Below the pieces are notes generated by a model that saw only the letters and a list, made by a program, of their open reading frames with translations, did no database searches and was not told the origin of the DNA. From positions 44,299 through 108,298 of the forward strand of contig CALSCP010001443.1 of assembly GCA_943704425.1 (NCBI GenBank): a stretch of 64,000 bases of DNA, in the 5' to 3' direction. Positions 1 to 19,569 of the stretch are shown here, in pieces. The stretch comes from Ministeria vibrans ATCC 50519. Its lineage: Eukaryota > Protista > Filasterea. Both the position numbers and the translations under genes were made by a program. How positions within the stretch are numbered: the first letter of the stretch is position 1; every line of letters begins with the position of its first letter.

Positions 1-2543
1 ACGATGAGCTGTTGGAGACGCGTGATCCCGCGTCGATTGTGGCTTGCGAGCGTGTTCTCGCGCGCATCGACGGCACGTCACGTCTACTTCCCGTCAACAA
101 GTCGCGTACACTTCGTCGTGAGGGCATGGCGACCGAGATGGACCCGGAGACGCGCGAGGTTACGCGCATTGTTCGTCTGGTGCTCTTCAGCGACCTTCTC
201 CTCATTGCTGTCGAGGTTGCGCCACACAAGGGCAACAAACGCGGCAGCAGTATACAACAACAACAACAGCAACAACAGCAACAGCAACAACAGCAACAGC
301 AGCAGATGGACGAGGGGCATGGACAAGAGCTGTCTTCGACAAGCATCTCCGGCAAACATGGACTGCTGAGTGGCGTCAAACGACGGCTGGGCGGCGGCAC
401 GACCACTGCTGGTGGTGGGTCAGGTCTCAACAGCCGCACATCCAGTGTGGTATCAACCACTTCACTGCAGCAGCAACAGCAATTACAACAGAAGGGGATG
501 AACCTGGAGCTCGTCTCCCCTCCTCCTGCTGTGCCTATTCGTCCGTCCCACTCGCGTCTGCTCACCCTGCTTCGTGGCAACTCCTCACATCACACAACGG
601 AGACGCAGTGGCGCGCAGACAGCGTTGTCTCCTTGCGCGATCTCTCCGTTGTCGACATGCCGCCATCGCTCAATGCGGAGAATGCGTTTGAGGTGTTCAC
701 GCCCACCCGCCACGCCTTCAACACAGTCTCGCGAGACGAGAAGGCACAGTGGCTAGCGGCGTTTGACAAGGCTCAGCAGCGCTCACGTGCACACGATCAA
801 ATGCGTTTAGAGGCTGAGGAGCGTGCAGCGCAGCAGCGACGACGCGAGTACAAGCGGGTCCAAAGCTACAAGCGGCACAAGGAGGCGGGCGAGGCGGCCG
901 CAAGCATTCTGGAGACGCCGTGGATCATGGAGATGCCGGATGAGTTGGATGTGCATATTGCGCAGCGTGACTTTGAAGCGGCCGCGGCACTTGTGTTGCG
1001 CTCGCGTGCGTTTCTCGGGGAGCAAGCGTTGTCGCCCGTGCGGATGCACATGGAAGGGGCACTGGACGAGCGGGCAGTACTATTGGCTGAGACGGTACAA
1101 CGTGAGCTGCGCAAGCCTATGCTGGGCGGGCGGGCCCTGCGCACGGGCGTCGCGGTGCTCCGACAGCTTGGCCATGTCGACCGTGCTCGCCACCTCCATC
1201 TCGTTGCGGCTGCACAGCGACTTAGAGTCCGTCTCAAAGTGCTCAAAATGGATCACACAGCTCAAGTACGAATCAATAATATGAGTCAGAGATTTTGAGA
1301 AGAAATAGAAGGGAGGAAAAAAGAAAAAAAGTGATAGAGAGAGATAAAGAAAGAAAGAGAGAAATGACAGATAGACGTAGTTTTTATATTGAAAGAAAGA
1401 GAGAAAATAGAGAGAAACGCAGTTTTTATATTGAGAGTGTGACTAACAATGTGATGTTTCAGGCGTACATTGACGCTCTTGGCTCTACATTTGTCTCGGG
1501 CATCACTGACATTGTGCGAGAGTACCTTGAACTGTTTCCCGAGCCCGAAGGACAGTCCATTCTGGTTGTGTGGGCTATTGGGGAGCTTGAGTGCTTCTCA
1601 GAGGTCTTCTCATGGCAGGTCAAGAAGCGCTTATTTTTCTTTTTTTTACTTGTGCATCCTCACTCTCCCTCACGCAAGCATTTTCACTCTCTGTCACTCT
1701 CTCAGCCTTTCTTGCTCACACTGCATGACTCCGTAGGTGTTCCACCGAAATCCCTTCTCAGTTGTCTGTGAGTGTGCGCAGATTGCGGTGGCGCAGCACA
1801 TGCGGACCCTACAGGAGTATGTGGGTCTCGATCTGGTGTTTGTGCTGCAGCGCATTCTCTACGTGGACATTCGTGCGAGCGCCGAACGGGAATATACAGG
1901 AATACTCACTGCGATGGAAGAGGACATTGCCGCAGAGACATGGCAACGTAGGATCTCTTCCATTGCATGTCATGCTCACACACAGTTGCTTTTTTTCTTT
2001 TCTATTTTTTCTTTTTTTTCTCTCTCTTTTTTACAGCTGCGGTGGAAGAGAGTGCGCTGATGCGCTTGGGAGATGAGTCCACCGACTGTCTCTCTCCTGC
2101 GAGTGTGCGCAAGAGCAGTACCGCACAACAAACACTGTGTACTAGCACACTCAACTTTGCCAATGCTCTTGTGCGCTTCAAGCGCTGTGCGGCCAAATGT
2201 GAGAATTCAGATCTGCTCTTTTTCATTGCCGAGTGTTGTGCGCGCGCCATTCGTCATTTTGTCGATGTCCTTGTGCGCAGAGCGTCGCCGCTCAAAGGTA
2301 TATCACAACGCAATTCAAAACTGCTCCACCATATACAATATAACTGTAATGGGCATCATAGACAAACGACTGGCCAAGCTGATTCTTCAGAATGCACAGC
2401 ACGCAAGCACGACACTGGCTCCCAATTTGGAGCGGTCTCTGCGGCAGTGGATTGGGCGCATGCCGCCCGTGTGGCACGACGCAGTTACCTGTGCCGCCTC
2501 CCGCGTCAACGAAGGCTTTCTCAAGATCGACGAGCCGATGTAG
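1..2543 (+). CDS. EXOC8: Exocyst complex component 8 (Exo84), 5' end outside the window
   Basis: PH-like segment (LVLFSDLLLIA...EKAQWLAAF) followed by the Exo84 signature WIMEMPDELDVHIAQRDFEAA. Exons by eye: <1-1265, 1463-1618, 1737-1947, 2037-2297, 2362-2543 (TAG), all with GT-AG boundaries. Confidence 0.85.
255..306 (+). repeat. CAA/CAG polyglutamine tract in EXOC8
   Basis: Mixed CAA/CAG run encoding about 17 Q. Confidence 0.95.
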
Positions 2544-2693
2544 AGTATCTTTGTGAGTGCTGTGCAATGCAAACTGTTTATAATTGTCTTCGAATGGTGT
2601 TAGGACAAAATAATAATAACAATAATTATTATTATTATAGTATTACTATTATTTTGTTATAAATAAAATAATATAAAGTATTTCACTGATGAT

Positions 2694-5134
<2,441 letters not shown>

Positions 5135-5185
5135 AGTGTCGCAAAGGAGTAAGAATTAAGAAATAAGTGACTTAATTCTTATTAT

Positions 5186-5360
5186 TGATCAGTTAACAGT
5201 TGATCAGTTAACAGTTGATCATCCTTTGCCGTTTTTGGCCCTTTAAATTTAAAGGGAATATTGATTATTGCTTCTCTGTCTGACGACTGACAGTCTGACT
5301 CTGTCTGTCTGAGACAGTCTGACTCAGAGTCTATGATCAGACTGTGATCAGACTGACTGC
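5186..5360. promoter_or_regulatory. Divergent-promoter region between PGM3 and the LRR gene, with tandem TTGATCAGTTAACAG and clustered GTCTGAC/TGATCA motifs
   Basis: About 2.5 copies of a 14-mer at 5186-5220, then repeated CAGTCTGAC and TGATCAGAC at 5275-5360. Regulatory function is inferred from position only. Confidence 0.4.
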
Positions 5361-5591
5361 TACTTAGATTATAGAATGAAGTACTATTTCACAAATGAAG
5401 ACCTTTCCAATTTCACAATTTACTTTGTATAATAAACGAAAAGCGAGTGAGTCAAGCGACAAGCCAACAACACCGAACGCAAAGAGCTCATGAGCAGAAC
5501 GCAATTAGCCTCGTTATTATTATAACCCTAATCACTGTCGGATTTGTCATTTTGCGTTTTCGGTAATTCGTTATTCGGTTATTATTGTTGA

Positions 5592-7214
5592 ATGGTTCGT
5601 CGGTCCTTTCGTGTGGCGATCATTGTCATAATCGCCGTTTCCTTTGCGCCAGGGTTCTCTCAGGCAATTTCTCCTGGCCTGTTAACGAATTGGCGTGAGA
5701 AGCGAGAAGAGTTTCAGAGCTTTTATGACGATACTGGATGCCAAGCTCAAATTCCACGATTTTTCAAAGTGGAAAAGCAGTGGCTAGAGCACACGGAGGG
5801 AAGAGAGCGCCCCTGCACCACGGGTGCATGCTCACAGGCGTCGATAGACCTTCTTGACGCGCTGCGGGCGTACGACGACGGCACGTTTGCCCGAAGCGAC
5901 CGCGACAGCTCTGCCTCGAACATTGCCCGCAACTTCTTGCGTGTCCGAAAAAAGGTCGCCGCGAGCCCCGAGGGCCGCGTTGCATTTGGAAACGAGCTGT
6001 TGGCGCCCCTGCTCCCCGCCTATCACCTCGCCGTGCGCGATCGTGACCGCAATCGCCATGACAACCGTTTCGCATTGGCTTCCTCCGACCTCGCCGCCTG
6101 GCAATGCCTGTATGATGCGACCGGCGGCGCTCATTGGAAGGTGTGCAGCCGGGCCCGAGACAGACCGTGCTCGTGTGCCAATGTGATTTGCAAGGCGCAG
6201 CAGCAGCAACAAGAGGGCGGCAGTACCATTACCCGCCTGCGAATCGTCGGCCTCGTGCTGCGCCATGCCAACGTCCGCCAAGGTCTGCCACCCTGCATCA
6301 CCGACTTGAGTGAACTCCGCGTCCTCGACGTGAGCGAGAATCCCAGAATGAGGGGCGGTTGGCCCGAGGGCATTGCAAAGCTCAGCAAGCTGGAGTTTCT
6401 TGCTATGCGTGCGGGTCCAACCGTCCCCGACGACGTCGCACTGCTGCACAACCTTCAAGCGCTGGATCTCAGCTCTGGCGCTTCACTCATTCCGTTCGAC
6501 ACGCTCACGCCGCTCTGCCGCCTGCCCAACCTCAAGTTGTTGGGTCTGATAAACTCGTATGTGGGTGCTCTCCCGCCATGCATTGGAAACCTCACGTCGC
6601 TCTTGCGCCTTGAGCTGAGTGGCAACCGCATGATGAACACGGGCATCCCCACCGAATGGGGTACGCTTGTGAACCTGCGAGTGTTTGTGTCCTTCCAGAA
6701 CGGGGCAGTGTTGTGTCCGCCACCCGATGTCCCGCCCGACACCTGTCGCCCGCTCTACCAGGCTGCGGTTGAGTACGCAACGGAAGAGTCCTGGTTGTGC
6801 CGCGAGCTGGCTCTTGCGGGCCCCATTCCGGACTCACTGCGCAACTGGAGGAAGATTGAGAAATTCTGGGTGGACGCAAACTATCTGTCGGGTTCCATAC
6901 CGGACTGGATTGGCACAGATTGGCCGATGCTGCGCAAGATAGATCTGTTCAACAATGCCTTTACGGGAGCCATTCCCGAGTTGATGGGTCAACTCACGCT
7001 GCTTGACTATGCACAACTGCAGGACAACCAGCTCAGCGGTACCATTCCGCGCGCTCTCTCGCATCTCCCGCGTCTGCGGTTTCTCAACGTCGCACTCAAC
7101 TCGAATCTCACCGGCTGTGTCCGTCCCAACAACTTTCCTTCCTACAGCGCAATGTACAGTGGCTCAGGGGTGTTGCCCTGCAAGAATTCGGAGATTTCCA
7201 ACTCGGACTTGTGA
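5592..7214 (+). CDS. Secreted plant-type leucine-rich-repeat protein (RLP/PGIP-like), intronless
   Basis: 540-aa ORF. N-terminal signal peptide, LRRNT-like LYDATGGAHW..C...C..V.C cap, and repeats of LxLxxNxLSGxIP (ANYLSGSIPDWIG, NNAFTGAIPELMG, DNQLSGTIPRALS). No TM segment. Confidence 0.85.
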   Translation: MVRRSFRVAIIVIIAVSFAPGFSQAISPGLLTNWREKREEFQSFYDDTGCQAQIPRFFKVEKQWLEHTEGRERPCTTGACSQASIDLLDALRAYDDGTFARSDRDSSASNIARNFLRVRKKVAASPEGRVAFGNELLAPLLPAYHLAVRDRDRNRHDNRFALASSDLAAWQCLYDATGGAHWKVCSRARDRPCSCANVICKAQQQQQEGGSTITRLRIVGLVLRHANVRQGLPPCITDLSELRVLDVSENPRMRGGWPEGIAKLSKLEFLAMRAGPTVPDDVALLHNLQALDLSSGASLIPFDTLTPLCRLPNLKLLGLINSYVGALPPCIGNLTSLLRLELSGNRMMNTGIPTEWGTLVNLRVFVSFQNGAVLCPPPDVPPDTCRPLYQAAVEYATEESWLCRELALAGPIPDSLRNWRKIEKFWVDANYLSGSIPDWIGTDWPMLRKIDLFNNAFTGAIPELMGQLTLLDYAQLQDNQLSGTIPRALSHLPRLRFLNVALNSNLTGCVRPNNFPSYSAMYSGSGVLPCKNSEISNSDL

Positions 7215-7510
7215 AAGTGAATGAATGAATAATATTATAACAATGTTGAGCACCTTCTTTTGTATTTACAATTGATGTAGCGGGGAAAGCACCTGCAAAC
7301 ACACAATACTATAGTGATACTAACATGCTACAAACTAATATGATTAATCTGGACTATTTTTGATATTCTTTCTCGCTTGTGCATTTGTCCGTATTTATAT
7401 TTAAATCGATCTGAGTGAGACCCAAAAAATAATTATGTTGAGATTTTCATTTTTGTCACACTTTTTTTTTCTTGATCTTTTTACGACCATTCAAGATCTC
7501 AAGCATCGGT

Positions 7511-9387
<1,877 letters not shown>

Positions 9388-11113
9388 GTAGTTTGTACTT
9401 CCATATAAAAATCTTTTTTTTTATATAGTTCAATGGTGACGATTGTAACACGTGACATTCTTCTGTTCTGAAATATGATTCAACAACAAAAGTATCATTG
9501 TGATTTTTGCACGAATTTTGTGTCTTGACAAAAGAGTATCTTCACATCTTTCACTATAATGTTTCTTGAGTCCTGTACCTTGTTACTCTTTTACACCCTA
9601 TTTAATGACTAATGAGGGTCGAATGAGTTGTGCTGTGCTGTTCCGTACAATAAGATCGAATTGATTACATTGATTTAACTTTTAACTTTTAATTTTAAGT
9701 TTTAGTCTTTTGTTGATTGTCAAGATGCGCGTCGGCCAGTATGTTCCATTGTTCCCACGACGCATGCGGGAAGCACGGTGTTTCGTGTACTTTTCAACAT
9801 TTGGTTCGAGACTTTCCTCTCCATTGTCACTCCTCACCCGCTGTACCCTCCTGACAGCCCTGAGCTTCTACATGACCTTTCTATTTGAATACCCCGACAG
9901 CGGCGAGCCTGATTGCTCTACGAAGGTCAGCCGCAATGGTCTGTGTGTGATATTTTTCTCTGACACGACGAAATCTCTGAGTAGTTTCGAGAATTCACTG
10001 ACGGAACCTACGCTCGATTTCTCGGGCTTCCTGCGCTTCCTTCGAAGTACAAGACGTCCTCAGGGCCGGCAGCTGAGTGATGGACACACACCAGTGGTCT
10101 CTTGCACATACATTTGTAACAAAATTGCGATCTGTCTTTATACTATCTTATAAGCGATTGAGTTGTCCTGTTTGTCTGGGTGGTTCGTGGGTGTCGAGTG
10201 CGTGGCAAGAAGACAGCGCAATGCCCTCTGATCACAGCCAGCAGATGGCAAGCACACACCTCACGACTCTCTTCTCTGTACAGTTGCAATTAAAGGTGTA
10301 TGTGAAACAAAACAAAAAAAAAACAACCAATTCCTCCGGGCTGGACCGCCGGCGCTCGAGCCCACCCCCCACCCCCATGCGGCTGCGCAGCGGGCGTCTA
10401 TTGACCCTTGGGCACGACGAGACTGATGTTTTCGCCAAACACTCCCCAGCTCTCCCAGTTCTTCTACACAGCACAGTGAGATCGCGTGACACTTGAGACA
10501 AGACACCTACCTGGTAGATTACAACCCATACGATCAGACAGACGAGCCAGAAGACCACACTAAACGCCGAAATGGCCATGTCTACGAAAAATCCATTGTG
10601 TCACGCCAAGAAAAACCCACAACGCTCCCTAGACATGACTCCTCTTCAGCCTCAACACTCCACGGACGCCAGCAAGGCACCAAGGGACCCGCTCGATGAG
10701 CCAACCTGCACAGCAAAAACATCTTTGGAACTTACAACTTACATTTCTTGAAAAGACGGTTGGCAGACGGCTCATTGGCGACGCGCCAGAACCACACTAG
10801 GTTAACAAGACCGAGCCAGGGCAAGGCAAGCAGCGAGCCGTACGCGTACTTGCGACAGACGTTGAGTCTGTCCTCTTCGGACATTTTACGCATGTTCATC
10901 GCGATAAAAGTGCTTCAACAAGTCCACTGGTCAACGGACAACGGCTGCAACTATGCCAGGGTACGACAAGACAAAAATTGATTATTGAGTATTGACAATT
11001 TGACATATTTTGACCTTCTCTTACACGATCAAAAAAGATATTCAAAAACCCATTCTTAATCTTCTTCCGTACAGTGCGTCACCACCACCAATAAGCAACA
11101 TCCGAACATCAGC

Positions 11114-11471
11114 ATGGAAGACGGAGTGGGTGCAATGCCGTCGATCCCGACAAACTTTCGCAAGGTTGAACTTATTTCTTCATTCTGTCGTCGCTGAGCG
11201 CCCTCTCGTCAATTCCAGAATCGCCGATGCAGCGTCTCTGCAGAGACCATGACTCCTTCCAGTGAAACTCACGATCTTGTCGAAAAGGTTCGTTAACCTT
11301 TTTGGTAAAAAAAAAAAAAATTGCTGACGTGTTTTTTTCTTCTGTCTCTCTTTCTCTCTCTTAAGGTCGTCATTCCCAAGTCTGATTCTGCCCGTTCGCG
11401 CATTGCGGCTGCCACTGCCAAAAACCTCTTGTTCCGCAACCTCGACGATGAGCAGTTGAAAGGTGCAAAGA

Positions 11472-11503
<32 letters not shown>

Positions 11504-12540
11504 TCAGCGCACAAACCCCCGTCCGGACGTACCGCCGACAGGACGCGCCCCTGCCGCCCCTTGCCCTCCCCGGCCGCCCCTTGCCCTCCCCATGCCCCAC
11601 TTCCATTCCATGCTGGGCCATGCGACCAGCCAACGGGCTGCTTGCGCTCTGTTGCGGTGCAGATTCGGTTTGTCTGAATGGCGTTGTGTTCTGTTGCAGA
11701 TGTTGTCGATGCGATGTTCGAGAGGAAAGTTGAGGTGGGCGAAGAGATTATCAAGCAGGGAGACGAAGGCGACAACTTCTATGTGATTGACGACGGCACC
11801 TTCGACGTGCTGGTGGACGGCAAGAAGGTGGTGACCATTGATGATGGTGGATCCTTTGGCGAGCTGGCGCTCATGTACAATGCACCGCGCGCCGCAACAG
11901 TAGTGGCAACACGCGACTCGCTGTGCTGGGCAGTCGACCGACAGTCGTTCCGTCGTATCCTCATGGACACTACTTCGCGTAAGCGACGCATGTACGAGTC
12001 CTTTTTGGCGTCCGTGCCGCTGCTCGAGTCGCTCACGCACCACGAACGCTGCAAGGTCGCCGATGCTCTTGAACCGGTTGTGTTTGACGCGGGCGCGACC
12101 ATCATCACCGAGGGCGACACGCAGGCCAATACCTTTTACATTGTCGAGTCGGGCGACTGCATTGCCACCAAACTCAACTCGGCGCGTACACAAGAACAGG
12201 TCGCCAGTTACGCCGCCGGCGGTTACTTTGGCGGTAAACTTTCCATCACACCGCGACGCACTCTCTTCCCTCCCCCCGTTACTAAATCAAACCGCACTCC
12301 TCGCTGTAGAACTGTCGCTCATCACGGACAAGCCGCGTGCGGCGTCAATCAGTGCCAAAACAGATGTCAAGTGCGTTGCACTCGATCGCGCCTCATTTGT
12401 CCGTCTGATGGTCAGTCCAGAGAGGAGGAACGACGAGACACTTTAGCACTGACTTGTATGTATGTATGGTGTAGGGTCCTTGTCAAGATATCTTGAAACG
12501 AAACATGTCAAATTACGAGAAGATTAACAAACAGCTCTGA
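11114..12540 (+). CDS. PRKAR: cAMP-dependent protein kinase regulatory subunit
   Basis: Spliced start MEDGVGAMPSIPTNFRK|NRRCSVSAE (inhibitor site RRxS). VVIPKS linker, two cNMP domains (FGELALMYNAPRAAT; YFG..ELSLITDKPRAAS), and C-terminus GPCQDILKRN...*. Confidence 0.95.
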
Positions 12541-12736
12541 CCAATTTAATATCATTTTTTTCCAGCCCAATGGAAGTAAACACACACCTCTAAATGAAAA
12601 CAAAAAAACGCATTGTCTTACTCTAAACAACAAGGAATGAATAGAATGACCTCGAAGGGGTCTCACAGACTATAAAAAAACAAACATTGTCTTACAATAT
12701 ACAGCAAAAAATGAACAGGATGATCTCGAAGGGGTC

Positions 12737-15578
<2,842 letters not shown>

Positions 15579-15727
15579 GTGCCCACTGCAAACTATGCAA
15601 CCGAGTGTAGTCTCACAATCAAAAATAAGTTAATCTTGAACTTTTGTCTTTTCAGTTTTCATTTCTGGGGCGAGATCAAACGAGTAAAATAGAATTGTAA
15701 TACTCACTCTTTCTGTCTGTGTCGACG

Positions 15728-18700
15728 ATGCGCATCGTGAAACCGTCGTGGGTGTCGCACAACGGCGATGCCATCTTTTCGGTGGACATCCATCCAGACA
15801 GGAGCCGCTTTGTCACGTCGGGACACGATGGAAAGGTCATTTTTCCCTCTTCGTCTCATTCCGTCTTGCTCCAACGTCTTTTTTTTTTTTTTTTTTTTTC
15901 TTGTGTGGTTATCTCGCGCGCAACGGTCCTTCATTTACAAGTCCGTTTTTGGCCGCATTTTGCCCTCTTCTCGCCTGAATATCCCCTCAGGCCGCTGGCA
16001 CGCCTCCAGGCCCATGGATCGTGTGGCGTGCAGCCTGCGCTGCCGCTGCATCTCCGCTCACCGTCATCCTTTTTGTCAGTGTGCGTGTGTGTGTGTGTGT
16101 GGTGTGTCTGTGTGTTTTGCGACTTTGCCCCAACTTCCCTCATCAGCACGGCGTAGCCGCCCCCTTGCGCCTTAGCCCAGTTTTGCCACCCTTTCCCCAC
16201 ACTTGTGGTCTTTCAGCGGGTCCGTCCGACGCGCTGCTGCGCCGCGAGAGGCATGATGATGCCAAGTCGCCTCTCTGTCTCTCCTTCGCTCTCTCTCCAC
16301 ACACACACACACACATACACACACACACCAGCCAGCCACACGTATCCACTCACTGCCATCTCAATGTCATGCACAGGTTAAGATATGGAGCATTGCGCCG
16401 CTGCTGAGCGCCGAGGCAGAGTCAGACGAGTCCCTTCCGAAACTGCTGGCGACTCTGCCGAATCATATGCGCTCTGTCAACACTGCACGCTTCTCGCCCG
16501 AGGGTCTTCTGGCGACCGCCTCCGACGACGAAACTGTCATGATCTGGCAAGAGATGCAAAGCGTCGGCAACTTCGCCATGGGCGGCAGTCTGGGCAACGA
16601 CAGCATTGAAAATTGGCGGTGCCGGCATGTGTTGCGTGGTCACTCGGGCGACGTGGTGGACCTCGCCTGGTCCCTTGACAGCCAATACCTGGCGACGTGT
16701 AGTGTTGATACCAGCATCATTGTGTGGGCAACACCCACCGCCACACTGCCGACGTTTCGCGAGGTCAAACGACTCACGGGCCACACAGGTCACGTCAAAG
16801 GGATCTGTTGGGATCCCGTGGGTCGCTTTCTCGCCAGTGCAGGCGACGATCGACGTCTTCTGGTCTGGCGCACCTCCGACTGGGGCATTGAAACAGACAT
16901 CCGCGACCCTTTCGCCACTTCGTCCGGCTCCATTCTCTTTCGTCGTCCCAGCTGGGCACCACACGGCGACCTCATTGTCGCTGCTCATGGCCACAACGAC
17001 ACCATTCCCGTCGCGCCCATTGTCTCTCGTAATCTCTGGGATGCCACCTCGAATTATGTGGGCCATTCGGAACCAGTTATAGCGACTCGCTTCCACCCAT
17101 CCATCTGGAGACAGACCCGAGAAATTCACAGCAAGGGCAAGGGCAAGGGCAAACGGTCGACCGATGCCGCTTCCTCCACCAAAATGCGACTCGAGGCCAT
17201 GTGTGCGCTTGCCGGCAAAGACCGTCGTATCAGCGTGTGGACGACGTTGCGCGAACGCCCGCTCATTGTCATCGACGAGATCTTCAAACGTGACGTGCTC
17301 GACCTGGCGTGGAGCGAAGGCTCGCCCGCACGGCTCATTGCCTGCTCCCTCGATGGCACCGTTGTCTTTGTGGAGTTCGACATGGACGATCTCGGCGCGG
17401 CGCCACTGACAGACGACGAACGCGATCGGACGCTGCGTCAAGCGTACGGTGTACACGCGACCCAGGGTGCAGCCGGCTCGACCGTCGCCATGCGACTGGC
17501 CGAGTCACCCATGCAGCTGCAGCTGGAAATCAAGGCCAAGGTGGCGGCACAGCGGGCGGGAGCCAGTGACTCATTGCGCAGGCAAATTCTTTCGCAGCAA
17601 CAACAACTTGCCGCCAGTGCAGTTGCAGCGACGCCCCAAGAGGTCGCTAAGAAGCAAGTGGAGACACGCACAAAGGACGGCAGAAGGCGCGTCGCGCCTT
17701 CCAACGTGCCCTTAGGCTTTGCAGCGCCCGTGCCCCTCCACACCCGCATGAATGCTACAGCAATGGACTTTTCCCCGGACAATCCTATCGATGCTCCTAG
17801 CACAAGCTCGCTTAATACCCCCCCCATCGCCACTACTGCAACAGCCGGTGTGCCACGAGCACCTACGACTTCGTCATCTCTGGCGGACGCTACACACATG
17901 GGGCGTCTCGAGGCGCGTCTTCTTGGTCGAGAATCCTCCTCGTCCGCCTCGGGAACCACCACGACCGATAACTTTGGTGGCACATCCACCGCAAACAACA
18001 CCATCATTAATGTCGCACCTTCGTCTTCTCCCTCGTCGGGTGAACCTCTCCTGGTCAACATTCGGCGTCGTGAGTCGTCATCGACCCCGTCCAACTCGGC
18101 CGCCGACAAGCCACCGCCAGCCAAGAGACTTCGTCTTGGCTCCTCCTCCACCCCCACCACCACGACGTCCATGTCAACTACCACGGCCAGTTCGGCAGTC
18201 TTCAACGGTGACAACGGAACCACAGCGATCACTGGTGGGCGGGGTCGCCAGTCACGCAGCGCCACGTCTGCTTCCTCATCGCAAGAGCTTCTTGCCCCAC
18301 CCGCCACTCTACCTGAGCTTGTTGCCACACTCAAAGTGCCCGTGTACACTAATACTGCCTCGTCGACGGAACTGCCCGCACGCTCTCTCAGCGAAGCGCT
18401 TCTCAAGATCACCAACGCCGACTCACAAGGTCAGCTTGAGTGTACGTGCGAGCGTGTGCCTCAATGGGTGCTCACGCTCAATACGCCCGTGTCGCTACTT
18501 GCCACTGCCACCAGCTGGTTCGTCTGTGCCTGCCTCGACTCGACTGTCAATGTGTTTTCTTCTGCCAGTGGCGTTCGTTTGCTGCCGCCGCTGCAGCTTG
18601 CGTCGCCGGCCGCCATTGTGGTTGCCGACGGTGACCGTCTCATGACAGTCTGCACAAAGGGTCTCGTGAACGTGTGGAACATTTCTAGTGTCTCGTGTGA

Positions 18701-19490
18701 GCTCGAAAATGTGCTGGTGACGCCCATTGCAGCGTGTGCAGACCAGTCTGTGGCGGTGCGCAGTGCCACGCTGCTTGTGGGCGGCAATCCCACGGTGGCG
18801 CTCACGACGGGCCGCTCGTACGTATACCACCGAGCGTTGCGTGCGTGGGTATTGGTGGGCGACGCAACGATTCCGCGCTACATTGCCGACGTGTCGTCCA
18901 TGCCCATGGGACCTGTTGCACGATTGCAAACCCTGGCCGAGTCTGGCTGTAAGAGCGCCGATGCGTTTGTGCTAGCACGCGAGAGTCAATCGGCCAACGA
19001 ACTGCCACAGCTGCAACGCAACGTGGCGTTAATTCAGTCGCAAATGGCGGCAGCGCAGCTACTGCGCAGTGGCTCCGAATATCGCTACTGGCTATGTGCA
19101 CTCGGACGACTACTGGCGCAGTGCGATGCGCACGTCGACATGTACCGCATTCCCGTGCACAGTTTGTGCCGCGGCCTCATTGGCCGAGCACGCGACCGTG
19201 TATCGAACAAGGAAGACGGCGATGGGTCGCTGGCTCCTGGCGAATGGGCGTCGCACACAATGGTATGAAGAAATGTGTGTGTGTGTGTGTGTGACCTGGA
19301 AAACGTACGCCGTTTTTAATTTTTTTTTTTCATCTTCTCACAGGGACTGAGCAAACGGGAACTGTTACGGGATTTTATTGAGAGTATGAGCAATTCCAAG
19401 CAGTGTCAGGTAGTCGTGAAGGAATTTTACGACGAACTGGCGGATCTGAACAATCATGACGAACGCGACGACTTCGACTCCGTCTTGTAG
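15728..19490 (+). CDS. HIRA: Histone chaperone HIRA
   Basis: MRIVKPSWVSHNGDAIFSVDIHPD, WD40 repeats (LRGHSGDVVDLAWS, GHTGHVKGICWDPVGRFLAS), ASF1-binding B domain KQVETRTKDGRRRVAP, and C-terminal S..EYRYWL. Last exon 19343-19490. Confidence 0.95.
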
Positions 19491-19569
19491 TACAATTATA
19501 TTTAATATACACGTTTCTGTTTCATTCACAATAGGTATGAGAGCAGAACGAAACAACAGAGAATCGTAG

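Noticed and set aside
11196-11198. In-frame TGA in PKA-R suggesting readthrough or selenocysteine
   Set aside because: It lies within a 54-nt GT-AG intron (11165-11218) whose removal restores FRK-NRRCS.
15930-16030. WD40-like phrase VRFWP...PLARLQAH in HIRA intron 1, suggesting an alternative exon
   Set aside because: No phase-compatible AG acceptor was found, and the exon at ~16378 (VKIWSI...) supplies the canonical sequence.
16422-18415. Long antisense ORFs opposite HIRA (similar ones opposite the LRR and 8311-9387 genes)
   Set aside because: Shadow frames of GC-rich coding sequence with no recognisable motifs.
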